NCBI GenBank assembly: GCA_002404865.1
Contig: DHKP01000009.1
Span: 64,806-128,805 of the forward strand
DNA: 64,000 nt
Origin: Bacillales bacterium UBA4691
GTDB lineage: Bacteria; Bacillota_I; Bacilli_A; RFN20; CAG-826
Direction of reading: 5' to 3'
Shown here: piece after piece, positions 29,962 to 39,331 of the stretch
Layout of the letters: every line of letters begins with the position of its first letter
Position numbering within the stretch: position 1 is the stretch's first letter
The notes under the pieces: generated by a model
What the model saw: only the letters and a program-made list of their open reading frames with translations
Databases searched by the model: none
What the model was told of the DNA's origin: nothing
Position numbers and translations under genes: made by a program

Positions 29962-31776
29962 GTGAAAAAACAATTCATATTCCCGCTGGTTTTGCTTCTA
30001 GCATTTCCGTTACTAAGTTGTGAAGGAAACACTTCTAGCGGCACTTCTACATTGTCTCCTACTGGTGAAGATACTTCTTTAACGGATACTTCTCTCTCTT
30101 CTGAGGACTCTACAAGCAAAGAAAACCACGCAACTGATCTTACTGTTAGTTTGTTCGACCAATTACCCACAAAGGCTATTGACGATAAAAACGTCTATCT
30201 TCTTTATGCCCAGCATTCATTTGCGTTAGGGCTTGCTATCGTCCCTACCGATGCCGATGAGAAAGATATTGAAGTGACTTTTCCTAGAGATGTTACTCAA
30301 AACACAATCGCATATCAAAACGGACAATTGGTTACTGGGAATCAAGCAAAAGAAACTCCTTTTGAGATTGCCATTTCCATCAAAGGAACTGATATTAAGA
30401 AAACATACACGATTCTAGTTGCAAGCGTAGAAAACTACGTATTAATGCGACTTGAAAATAAATTCAGCGTTACTGAGGAGGCAGAAGCGAAAGTGGCGAC
30501 AAAAGCCACGCTCGATCACTATGCTTACAATGGAAAAAATTTCTATTCCATGGCAAAAGAGGAAGTGAATTATTATCTAAACGAGGTCACTCAAAATACA
30601 TCTTCTTCAATAGCGATTAGAAAAGTAACGGATGACGCTTTTTATTCCGTGTCTTTGAATTCTAACGGCGGGATTGAAACATACAAAAAAGAGATATTTG
30701 AAGAAGGCTTCACCAAAGAAAGCGTGCAAAATTCAGTTAATTATTTCTTATTCCACGATTATGAAGGTGGAGATAATGACACCGAAATTTATGGCTTGGT
30801 CAACACTATCAAAGAGAAAATTCTCACTAGTGATTCGTTTCTTGGCGGAAGTGCCTACAAGGCAAACTGGGAAATAATGGAAGACACTCCCTCTGCCTTC
30901 TCTTTGGTCGCTTCTGATTCTTCCTCAAATCAAGGAAATCGCTCTCTTTCGTTGAATTTCGATGCTCAAGATAGGATTACGGAACTTACGTATTTAAATA
31001 GCGAGAGCAACAAATTAGTCATCACTATGGAATATGGTGAAGGGAAAACGAGTGGTGAGGATTCATTTGTCCCTTCTTCTTATTATTTCGATAGTTACGA
31101 AGCGACCTTAGTAAGTAAGAAAACAGATTCCTATGGTGATGAGGAAACCGTAGAGGTAACGAAAGAAAACGATACTTACGTTCTTGATATGCAGAAAGAA
31201 TATTTTTTGAACATTAATAGTTTTGCCCCTGCCCAAGCATCTATTCTTGTAGACCCGATTGAAATCGAAAAAATAACTGATGAATCCACATCTGGCGTTT
31301 TAACTCCAGTTAAGGATGATAATGGTAAGATTACCAGTATCAAAGCCACCAACGCCGGCACATGCAAAATCGTTTTGAAGGCAACGGCGAAGATTGCTAG
31401 TAAAGAAATTTTAGTCAAAGTAAAAACGGATTTCATTCCTATGGTGAGCATCGCAATTACTTATCCGAAAGAACTTGCTAATAATAGCGAAGAAAAGCCG
31501 TTAGAAATAAAGCAAGGCGAAACTAAAACTTTTAAAGTGACCGTGTTAGGTGCTGATAATAAGAAACACAAATATACATTGACCGCGTCAGAAGAAGATA
31601 AAAAGTATTGCACTTTGACAACTGCTCCGAGTGCGATTGGGACTTCCAAGGTTAAACTAACTGAAGACGCTCCTATTGATAGAATAATTAAAGTTACTAT
31701 CAGTTCAGAAGGCCTTGATATAAATGGCGAGCACCTTGTTACTTATCTTTACGTTAAAGTAGTCGCCGCAGCTTAA
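29962..31776 (+). CDS. Surface lipoprotein, paralog family member 1 (C-terminal Ig-like/Big_2-like repeats)
   Basis: The GTG start at 29962 has GGAGG 9 nt upstream. The signal peptide plus lipobox is PLLSC, followed by an S/T/E-rich linker. The N-terminal module (HATDLTVSLFDQ...PFEIAISIKGTDI) is homologous to the module in the 36364 gene. Confidence 0.8.
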   Translation: MKKQFIFPLVLLLAFPLLSCEGNTSSGTSTLSPTGEDTSLTDTSLSSEDSTSKENHATDLTVSLFDQLPTKAIDDKNVYLLYAQHSFALGLAIVPTDADEKDIEVTFPRDVTQNTIAYQNGQLVTGNQAKETPFEIAISIKGTDIKKTYTILVASVENYVLMRLENKFSVTEEAEAKVATKATLDHYAYNGKNFYSMAKEEVNYYLNEVTQNTSSSIAIRKVTDDAFYSVSLNSNGGIETYKKEIFEEGFTKESVQNSVNYFLFHDYEGGDNDTEIYGLVNTIKEKILTSDSFLGGSAYKANWEIMEDTPSAFSLVASDSSSNQGNRSLSLNFDAQDRITELTYLNSESNKLVITMEYGEGKTSGEDSFVPSSYYFDSYEATLVSKKTDSYGDEETVEVTKENDTYVLDMQKEYFLNINSFAPAQASILVDPIEIEKITDESTSGVLTPVKDDNGKITSIKATNAGTCKIVLKATAKIASKEILVKVKTDFIPMVSIAITYPKELANNSEEKPLEIKQGETKTFKVTVLGADNKKHKYTLTASEEDKKYCTLTTAPSAIGTSKVKLTEDAPIDRIIKVTISSEGLDINGEHLVTYLYVKVVAAA

Positions 31777-31794
31777 AGAAGCAGTGTTCGCACT

Positions 31795-31839
31795 AGTGAA
31801 AGTGATCGATTTCTATGATTGATACACTTTCACTTTTTA
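31795..31839 (+). terminator. Candidate intrinsic terminator (long-loop hairpin)
   Basis: AGTGAAAGTG (31795-31804) pairs with CACTTTCACT (31825-31834), followed by T5. The 20-nt loop weakens the call. Confidence 0.45.
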
Positions 31840-32064
31840 AGTCATAAATTAGATTGAGTGCTGATTCATTAAATCTCAATTTTACTGAAAATAAGTTGAA
31901 TAAAAAATAGAGAAAACTCATCAAAAACAACGCAAAAACAAGATATTTTTAATGATTTTTGTAATATTTTTTCAGCATCAAAATTAAGAAGAAAACTTTG
32001 GAAATAATAATTGACAATCCATACAAATTCATTAAATTGTGCAAAATGATCTAGGAGAAAAAGG

Positions 32065-34035
32065 ATGAAAATGAAGAGAAAAGGAATGCTACTAATACTT
32101 GCCGCATTGAGCTTAGTCGCGTGCGATCAAGAACAAGGCTCTAAAGTAGAAAGCAAGGGAGAAGGAACCACTGATACCTCTACTATCGGAGATTCAAGTA
32201 AAGGGGATAGTAGCGTGGAAACCCCTGCTGATGACGATGACGACGATTATGGAGGAAGCGAAGAAAAAGACCCCGTCACCGAGGAACCAACCGCAAATCC
32301 GAACGACAAAACCCGCAGTGAAATGATGGCCTTCTTAGAGGGAACTCTCTTAAAGGAGACCACGACACAATCTAAATTTTCATACAACTTTACTCGCTCT
32401 AACGTTCCTTATAACGAAGGTACCATTTTTGATACAGCCGAATCTTTTACCGAAAATATTCTCTTGAATGGCGTAGCGGTTTCTGAAGGCGTTAAAAAAT
32501 CAAAAAAAACTACTGCTGAAGGCAAAATCACAGAAGATCTTTCTGTCAATTATCTTAAGAAATTCGACGCCGATGATACTTACTATTACCAAGTGAAAGA
32601 TTACGATTCCGACACTACGAAATATGGGTTTACCGATGAAGCAAAACGGTTAGAAAAAATCACTCTTGCCGGGGCTGATTTATACCGCGCTCAAGGTGAT
32701 TTCATTTCTGCTTATGCGATCGATTTAATTGATTATCTTTTCTCCCCTTACTCGACAAGTCTTTCTTCTCTTCCTTCTTTCAAAGAAAGTGAAGACGGGG
32801 ATAAAAAAACATACACCGCTAAAGCGTCTGTCAGCAATAGCGGGGCTGATTCCGCCGGCAGTTATAAAGAAAGTTACTATTATGAAATGAAGCTTACCTT
32901 CGATGGAGAAGACAAGCTCACCGGCATCACGGGTAAAAAATCATGGCAATACCGTCTTGACGATAGTACTTCTACTACGCCAGACAAATACCAATATGAC
33001 GATTATTCCTATCAAGCCGAATATGGCGAACGCGCGGCTACTGCTTCAAAAGACCTTAATGTGAAGGATTATTTCATTACCGATTTTACCGGTATCAAAC
33101 TTCGGACTTTCAAAAACGCAAAATACGAAGATATCGACCCAACGAGTGCTGAACGCGGCATTTATATTAGTAGTGCCTCTGCAACCGGCTACGCCCCTTC
33201 AAAAGCCGCAGACACGCATTTAATCCCGGTAAGTTCCAGTAACGAAAGCGTCATTCGCCTCGATAAGACTTGCAATAATTTCTTTATTGAGCGTGTTTAC
33301 GGAACGGCTACATTGACCTTCAAATCCGTCACGGGTGTTACCAAAACTATCGAAGTAACAACAAAAGAAGGCAAAGAAGCGCCATATAACCTCAATTTGG
33401 ACCCTGTTTCACGTAGCAAATTCCTTAGGAATTCCCAAGACTACGGTTCAGAACGTTTTATGTATATCGGCCGTGAATACGCAGGACTCAAAATCAAAGT
33501 GCTCGATAATAAAAAATACGATGATCAAATCGATACGGTATCGAGCAACGAAGAAGTCGCAACAATCCAAGAAACTTCCTCTAACGTTGGGAGTTCGTTT
33601 ACTTCGCGTATCTATTCTGTCACCCCAAAGAAAGAAGGCAAAGTGACGTTATCTTGGTATGCCGCCCTCAACCACGATGTAAAAAGAGAATTCACTTTTA
33701 CGGTCAAAAAAGGATTGACCGCCGAAGAACTCAAACAAACCCTTATCAATAGCACTTGGACTTTCACTGATCAAGCGGAAGCACAAACACTTGAATTAAG
33801 TTTCACGGACAAAAAGGCCACTATGAAAAACATTCTCGCGAATGAGACTATTGTTGCTACATCATCCTATTCTCTTGAGGATTACAAAATAACGTTTGAT
33901 GGTTGGTATGATGGCGATGGAGAACAAGCCCTTGGATATGGCAAAGGGGAGATGTCCATTGCTGGCGATAACATTCGCTTCTTCGATACGGAAGGTAGCG
34001 CAATCACTGGCGATCTCTTTACTAAGAGGGCGTAA
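32065..34035 (+). CDS. Surface lipoprotein, family member 2
   Basis: 656-aa ORF with signal peptide plus lipobox SLVAC and an acidic S/T/D/E linker. It shares the YY..V.DY.. beta-rich module style with its neighbours. Confidence 0.75.
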   Translation: MKMKRKGMLLILAALSLVACDQEQGSKVESKGEGTTDTSTIGDSSKGDSSVETPADDDDDDYGGSEEKDPVTEEPTANPNDKTRSEMMAFLEGTLLKETTTQSKFSYNFTRSNVPYNEGTIFDTAESFTENILLNGVAVSEGVKKSKKTTAEGKITEDLSVNYLKKFDADDTYYYQVKDYDSDTTKYGFTDEAKRLEKITLAGADLYRAQGDFISAYAIDLIDYLFSPYSTSLSSLPSFKESEDGDKKTYTAKASVSNSGADSAGSYKESYYYEMKLTFDGEDKLTGITGKKSWQYRLDDSTSTTPDKYQYDDYSYQAEYGERAATASKDLNVKDYFITDFTGIKLRTFKNAKYEDIDPTSAERGIYISSASATGYAPSKAADTHLIPVSSSNESVIRLDKTCNNFFIERVYGTATLTFKSVTGVTKTIEVTTKEGKEAPYNLNLDPVSRSKFLRNSQDYGSERFMYIGREYAGLKIKVLDNKKYDDQIDTVSSNEEVATIQETSSNVGSSFTSRIYSVTPKKEGKVTLSWYAALNHDVKREFTFTVKKGLTAEELKQTLINSTWTFTDQAEAQTLELSFTDKKATMKNILANETIVATSSYSLEDYKITFDGWYDGDGEQALGYGKGEMSIAGDNIRFFDTEGSAITGDLFTKRA

Positions 34036-34037
34036 TT

Positions 34038-35747
34038 ATGAAAAAAGTATTGATTCCATTTTTACTTGGTTCTTTATTTGCGCTTGCCTCTTGCTCCCCT
34101 GACGAAGATATTACGAAAAAAGGCCCAGTCGAGCTTTCTATAAACGCTATCACTCACGATGTATACGAAGGTAGAAAATTGACACTTGCGTGTTCAAAAA
34201 AAGCAGGCGTCACTTTCTCTTCTTCAAACACGGAAGTGGCGACCGTGGATGAAAAAGGCGTTGTGAAGGCCGTTTCCAAAGGAAAGGCAACTATTCAAGC
34301 AAAAGACGCGGACGGAAGCGAAGCGAAGTTTGAAATCAACGTCTCTAGTTTGCCAACGGATTTGAAAGGCATGTTTGCTGCGGCAAAAACGTATAATTTT
34401 ACGATTCCTTATTCTGATTCTTCCTATGCTTATTTAGATGCATATAACGTTGTTAGAGTTCCAGCAACTAGTATCTTACCAGGTGCGTCCACTACCACTG
34501 CCCCATTAACTGGTATCCTTCAAAACGGGGAACAAGGCCTAGCGAGTTTTAGCTTTGAGAATAACGCAATCATTATCGGCGATTTTTATGGATTAGGGAA
34601 GGTTAAATCCGCACTTGATGTTTATGGTGACTCCTTTACTCCTTTCTTCACCCGTACTTCTGATTGGTCTCCTGTTTCTGAAGGGGATGACACGAGCTTT
34701 AAAACAACAAAGCAAAGTTTGATTAATTCTTTTGCTTCTATGATGGGAATGGATTACTACATCTCCTACATTGATAGCGTTAATCTCACAGTCGATTATT
34801 CTAAGATGTCACTTTATTATTCAACGACATTGTCTAATGAAACATATGGTTTCTATATTAATCGAATTGGTATTACCGCTAACACGAAGATAGAACCTTA
34901 TATTGCTGCCCCGACTCCATTAAAAGCACGTCAAGATTGGGATGAAACAGACCAAGAAAAGATTAAAAAGAACTTTGATATCGCTAAAATCCCTTTTTTA
35001 GAGGGAAGCGGATATTCTCTTTCCTTGCAAGCTTATGAGAACAAACTCTCTATTAGCGATTATAACGGTGGCGATTTAAGTGAATCATACGTTAAAAAGT
35101 TAACCGAACTTGGCTGGGTGGATGAAGGCAAAAAAGATTCCCATATGGGATATGATGAGCAATCGCTTGTTTATAATTTGCCAAAGGAAAGCAAATATGA
35201 TGGCGAGCAAAAATACACCGCATCAATCACTTATTTGCCAAAAGATATCTTAAACGGAAAAGACGTAGACGCCTTCCCGAATGGGAAGTTTGAAGTTGTT
35301 TTCACTTTCAATAAAAAGTCATACACTGACACGAGCGAAAACGAAGATAATCTCAATGCTTATCTTAAGGACAAAGGGGAAGGGAAATTCCCTGCAATCG
35401 CACTTAATGGTTTAGCGAATAAAGTAGAATTCGAAGATGTTCTTGATCTAAATAATGATTCCGTAAAGATTGGCATCGAGCAAGGGTTATTGACCGAAGA
35501 TGATTACTATACATTCGCTTGCTATGTAACACTCACTATCAAAAACGAAAGCGATGCGAATACCATTTTAAATGAATACGTATCCTTATTAAAGAAGCAA
35601 GGGCTCCTTTATTCGGAAGAATATTCTTCCCCTGCCAAAGGCTACTTCGTCTATCTAAAAGATCGCCTTGAGTTTAGTGCTAGAATTGGAAGAGAAGATG
35701 ATAACAAAACCTATTCAAAGAAGTTGACTTTCTTCTTCGGATTTTAA
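34038..35747 (+). CDS. Surface lipoprotein with an N-terminal Big_2-like Ig domain
   Basis: 569-aa ORF with lipobox ALASC. It has a Big_2-like segment, LTLACSKKAGVTFSSSNTEVATVDEKGVVKAVSKGKATIQAKD. The start lies 3 nt after the previous stop. Confidence 0.75.
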   Translation: MKKVLIPFLLGSLFALASCSPDEDITKKGPVELSINAITHDVYEGRKLTLACSKKAGVTFSSSNTEVATVDEKGVVKAVSKGKATIQAKDADGSEAKFEINVSSLPTDLKGMFAAAKTYNFTIPYSDSSYAYLDAYNVVRVPATSILPGASTTTAPLTGILQNGEQGLASFSFENNAIIIGDFYGLGKVKSALDVYGDSFTPFFTRTSDWSPVSEGDDTSFKTTKQSLINSFASMMGMDYYISYIDSVNLTVDYSKMSLYYSTTLSNETYGFYINRIGITANTKIEPYIAAPTPLKARQDWDETDQEKIKKNFDIAKIPFLEGSGYSLSLQAYENKLSISDYNGGDLSESYVKKLTELGWVDEGKKDSHMGYDEQSLVYNLPKESKYDGEQKYTASITYLPKDILNGKDVDAFPNGKFEVVFTFNKKSYTDTSENEDNLNAYLKDKGEGKFPAIALNGLANKVEFEDVLDLNNDSVKIGIEQGLLTEDDYYTFACYVTLTIKNESDANTILNEYVSLLKKQGLLYSEEYSSPAKGYFVYLKDRLEFSARIGREDDNKTYSKKLTFFFGF

Positions 35748-35772
35748 TTGTTGAAACGTCTTTATAAATATG

Positions 35773-35815
35773 GAGCTGTTGAAAAAGAAGAAAGATAATT
35801 CGACAGCTCTTTTTA
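35773..35815 (+). terminator. Intrinsic terminator after the third lipoprotein gene
   Basis: GAGCTGT (35773-35779) pairs with ACAGCTC (35803-35809), followed by T5. Confidence 0.6.
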
Positions 35816-35928
35816 TTTGACTAGGGAATTTTGTTTGGAACCAAATCCAAGTGAAAACGGTCCGATTGGTAGCCTCTTATTTTCTAGCGACCTTATAGAC
35901 GAAATCGCCTATTAGTCGCAGATTTCTT

Positions 35929-36300
35929 TTGGGACGATGGAATCGCGGTCACGCTCAGACGTTTCATGCCAATAGACTTCATGTATTCCCTGGCTACGTC
36001 CTCTTTGGTGATCTCATGTGCGAACTCGCGCCTTCCGATACTCACTCTTTTGTTTGGCGGGTAGAACGTCTTTGCTCTTTTTTAAAATTGCTTTCAATAG
36101 CTAAATTTAGAGTCAGAAGCACATACCTATTGTCACTCCCTATTTCTTTCCGAGCATCTTCCTTCTCTCCTGCCTTTTCCGGTCAGCCGGGGGATTCCCC
36201 TGGCCACAACCGGATTTCCGGCTGACACCGAATGTTGCAATTAACTTAGTGCGGAAGGCCTATAAAGACCAGCGCGGAAAATTTGGAATGTTACCTAAAA
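35929..36300. other. GC-rich non-coding segment with nested GC hairpins (structured RNA or foreign gene remnant; unidentified)
   Basis: A hand count of line 36181-36240 gives 37/60 G+C, against 23/60 in the adjacent lipoprotein gene line 36781-36840. GTCAGCCGG (36182-36190) pairs with CCGGCTGAC (36218-36226). This stem encloses GGGG-ATT-CCCC (36190-36200) and CCGG-ATTT-CCGG (36210-36221). No convincing ORF is present. Confidence 0.5.
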
Positions 36301-36303
36301 AAC

Positions 36304-36342
36304 TTGAAAAAAACGCGGGGGGGGGGTTAAAATTTTTATAAG
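36304..36342 (+). promoter_or_regulatory. Promoter-like TTGAAA / TATAAG pair split by the G10 tract
   Basis: TTGAAA is at 36304-36309 and TATAAG at 36337-36342. The spacer is 27 nt with the G10 tract and exactly 17 nt without it. AGGAG at 36352-36356 and the ATG at 36364 follow. Confidence 0.45.
36317..36326. repeat. Homopolymeric G10 tract
   Basis: Ten consecutive G residues were counted directly. This is the longest homopolymer G/C run I saw in the window, and it lies 38 nt upstream of a lipoprotein start codon. Confidence 0.95.
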
Positions 36343-36363
36343 TTAAAAAATAGGAGTTATCTA

Positions 36364-39273
36364 ATGAAAAAACATAAAATTATTCCAATTTTGGCATTGC
36401 TTGCTTTGCCGCTTTTTAGCTGCAAAGCCGACTTATCACCTTCCTCTACGGAAGACCCTTCTTCCACTACAAATACTAGTGAAGGTGGCTCTACTAATAG
36501 TGAATCAAGCGAAGACTCTAGTGGATCTTCTTCTACTTCGACTGGCGAATCTAGCACCGAGTCATCTAACCCAACTCAAAAAGACGATCACGCAACAGGA
36601 TTGAGCGTTGCGCTTTTTGAGAAAGCACCAAAAATTCCTGCTCCTGGAAGCAAACAAAAAGATGTCTGCGTTTTCTATCCTGATGCCGAATTCGATTTAG
36701 GCGTTGTAGTGACTCCTAACAACGCCCTTGAGAAGAATGTTATTGTCACAATTCCAAAAGCGAATCAAGATGAAATTAGTTATGAAAATGGGAAACTTAT
36801 AACGAAGAGCGTTTGCTCCACCGTTCCATTTGAAATCGTTGTTTCTATCGAAGACACAGATATTGCGCTAACTCAAAAAGTCGCTGTTTTTGAAAGATCG
36901 AATTATTTAACGATTTTTCTGAGCGATTATCTTCTTGCAACAGAAAAAGGGGAAAGTGAATCCGCTTTAAACGCCTCTCTCTATATTTTAGGTAGTGATG
37001 GCGTTACCCAAGATCAAGGCTATGAAGCAACTTATTTTGAAAATGAAATTATTGAAACAACTAAACAAAACGACACGATTACCTCTAAATCGACCAGAAG
37101 AATTAAAGATGGATATTATTATGATGTAACTTATGAAAAGGACGGAACGACGATTGATTTGAACACTAGTAGCAAAACTCCAATCGGAGATGGCGACAAT
37201 CAAATCGAAGAAGAGGTCGCTTTAGACCGCGTAAACCACTTTCGATTTACCAATTATCAAAACAGTTTCGTGGAAGCAATTACTACTTACATATTAGCAT
37301 ACGGGAGCGGTCGTTTTATTAATGGCGACAAATTTCAAAACGTGCTTCGATTCAACATCCTAGAGGAAGAAAGTTCGCGTTTTCTTGTTGATATTGTTGG
37401 AAAGAACCAAAGCCAAGACGATAAGAGCGAATATTATAATGTTAAATTCGATATTCATTTCGATTCGCTTAAGAGAATCACTTCTTTTAAGTGTCAAACA
37501 ATTTACGCTGAAAACGAAGATTTAAGCCTGATTGACAAAGTTCCAACCGCGGAAAATTCTCGAACACAAGTTTTCAATATTGCTTATGTCGATAAAAAGA
37601 TACCAAATCCGAACGAGGACGATTTTAGTCATGTCGAACTTGAAAAGCCTGCTTTAGAGAAAGTAAAAAACAAATTTTTAGAAATCGCGGAACAGCTTGA
37701 TGAAGCCGAAGGAGAAAGGCTCTCATATTCCCGATTACGCATTATTTCTCCCAATGTATATGAAGAAACTAATGAAGCGAGATATTACAAGAATGAAACC
37801 ATTTTAGATTCGTCTTTAGTTACTCATAGCGGTGAAACTACAAGCAAGAGCCAATCAAGAACCGCCACAACAATCCGCGACAATAAGCTTTATTCCTTGA
37901 GCTACAATTCTGAAAACAATAAGTATGCGGTTATTTCGAGTTCGGAAATCGGAACTGCTGAAGGTCAAACTAGCGAAGCTGATGCTACTTATCAAGCTAA
38001 TCACGCCCATTTTAATCAAAACACCATTGGCCTTAAAGGCGCTTTTGAAACCTATTTTATGATTACGATGGGCTTAAATGATGAAGAGACGTTAGGGGGA
38101 GTTACTTATCAAAATATCAAAACTGAGATTACTAGTAACTACGATGATCGTTTCGAGTGCTCTATTTATTTCTCAATTTCTTCTTCTAATGCGGGAACTA
38201 CAGAAACCCATTGGGGCGCTGCAACTGCTAGCATCGGCTTTTCATCCGGAGATGTAAATCGTGCGAATTTAAATGTCGATATTTACACTTCAAATCCATT
38301 TGATAGTCATGGGGATTTGAATCAGGCAGTCACTCCAGATAGAAGAGAGACCATTGAAATGGCTCTCTCTTATTACGCCAATAATACGAAAATCGATAAT
38401 CCGAATCCAATTACTTTTGGTGAATCCGAACCTGAATCCCCATCCCCATCAGAGACTTCTGAAACTGTCGCAGAGAGAATGAGCCAAATTCTTATTGATT
38501 TGAACCAAGCGGAAGCTACAAGAGCTAAGAACGCTAGGTTTAAATTTTCTGTAATAGAATTAGGGGAACAAGAAAAGCCGGAGCGCGAAGAGGAGTGCGA
38601 AATCAATTATTATAAAAACGAAACCATAGTTTCTGACACGTCTAATTCTTATAGTGATGACGGGAAGAGCTATACTCATTCTACAGAAACAGTCACAACA
38701 ATTCGTGATGGCTATTTGTATGAATTGCAGTATGACTTTGGTAAAAATACCTATAATCTTGCTTCTAAAACTGAAATCGGTAGTGATAAGGAAGCTCAGA
38801 GCGAGGCGATTAGTGAAGCCAATCACGCAAAGAACCCTGTTTCTGATGCCAATCTTTTTGATGATCTTTTTGAACAAGGCTTTGCGCTGGGACTAGTGGA
38901 TCAGACGGTTCCAAATGTTGGCGATTTCCAAAATATTCAAACAACGATTCACGAGAAATCCGCCACTTCTTTAAGCTTTACTTGCAATTACGCTGAGTCT
39001 GTTACTTACGGCGAAACAACCACCGAGGTTTGGTTCACATCTACAGTGAATTTGTCTTTTGAACAATCAAAAGATTCGGAGGATTATCTATTAGTGGGCG
39101 CTACTTTGGTAAGGTACATGTTTACGACAAACCCATTTGATGAGAACGGCAAAATGCTCCAAAACGTCACGCCTAATTATCGTGAGGATTATTCCCTGTA
39201 CATTGAATATTATGAAAATAATGAAAAAGAGGCAAACCCAAAGCCAATAGACGTGGCGCAATTCGCTAAATAA
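36364..39273 (+). CDS. Large surface lipoprotein, family member 4, with an internal tandem duplication of about 260 aa
   Basis: 969-aa ORF with lipobox PLFSC and an S/T/E linker. The N-terminal module is homologous to the 29962 gene. Two C-terminal units share YYKNETI..TTIRD..Y.L.Y....N.Y...S.EIG......SEA....ANHA...TNPFD..G...Q.VTP. Confidence 0.8.
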   Translation: MKKHKIIPILALLALPLFSCKADLSPSSTEDPSSTTNTSEGGSTNSESSEDSSGSSSTSTGESSTESSNPTQKDDHATGLSVALFEKAPKIPAPGSKQKDVCVFYPDAEFDLGVVVTPNNALEKNVIVTIPKANQDEISYENGKLITKSVCSTVPFEIVVSIEDTDIALTQKVAVFERSNYLTIFLSDYLLATEKGESESALNASLYILGSDGVTQDQGYEATYFENEIIETTKQNDTITSKSTRRIKDGYYYDVTYEKDGTTIDLNTSSKTPIGDGDNQIEEEVALDRVNHFRFTNYQNSFVEAITTYILAYGSGRFINGDKFQNVLRFNILEEESSRFLVDIVGKNQSQDDKSEYYNVKFDIHFDSLKRITSFKCQTIYAENEDLSLIDKVPTAENSRTQVFNIAYVDKKIPNPNEDDFSHVELEKPALEKVKNKFLEIAEQLDEAEGERLSYSRLRIISPNVYEETNEARYYKNETILDSSLVTHSGETTSKSQSRTATTIRDNKLYSLSYNSENNKYAVISSSEIGTAEGQTSEADATYQANHAHFNQNTIGLKGAFETYFMITMGLNDEETLGGVTYQNIKTEITSNYDDRFECSIYFSISSSNAGTTETHWGAATASIGFSSGDVNRANLNVDIYTSNPFDSHGDLNQAVTPDRRETIEMALSYYANNTKIDNPNPITFGESEPESPSPSETSETVAERMSQILIDLNQAEATRAKNARFKFSVIELGEQEKPEREEECEINYYKNETIVSDTSNSYSDDGKSYTHSTETVTTIRDGYLYELQYDFGKNTYNLASKTEIGSDKEAQSEAISEANHAKNPVSDANLFDDLFEQGFALGLVDQTVPNVGDFQNIQTTIHEKSATSLSFTCNYAESVTYGETTTEVWFTSTVNLSFEQSKDSEDYLLVGATLVRYMFTTNPFDENGKMLQNVTPNYREDYSLYIEYYENNEKEANPKPIDVAQFAK

Positions 39274-39283
39274 TAGAAACAAA

Positions 39284-39323
39284 AACGAAAGGGCAGGGTA
39301 ATCTTAGTAACCTTGCCCTTTTA
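39284..39323. terminator. Bidirectional intrinsic terminator between convergent genes
   Basis: AAGGGCAGGG (39289-39298) pairs with CCTTGCCCTT (39311-39320). An A-run lies on one side and a T-run on the other. Confidence 0.7.
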
Positions 39324-39331
39324 ATATGGCT

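Noticed and set aside
35929-36225. A 98-aa plus-strand ORF inside the GC-rich segment
   Set aside because: It has no RBS. Its composition is Ser/Pro/Arg/Phe-rich, as expected from translating GC-rich non-coding DNA. No family resemblance was seen. I treat the segment as non-coding.
35850-36330. Possible tmRNA, RNase P RNA or c-di-AMP (ydaO) riboswitch
   Set aside because: For tmRNA, there is no acceptor/T-arm (no GGTTCGAnTCC, no CCA-proximal pairing with the GGGACGA start), and the candidate tag frame would end ..IAFNS. For RNase P, the universal GAGGAAAGUCC is absent. For ydaO, only short GGGGAAUCC/CCGGCUGAC resemblances exist and they lie on the strand with no downstream gene. None is supportable.
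36357-36604. Small ORFs (66-67 aa) overlapping the 5' end of the 36364 lipoprotein gene on both strands
   Set aside because: These are alternative frames of the S/T/E-rich linker-coding region. They are explained by the lipoprotein gene.
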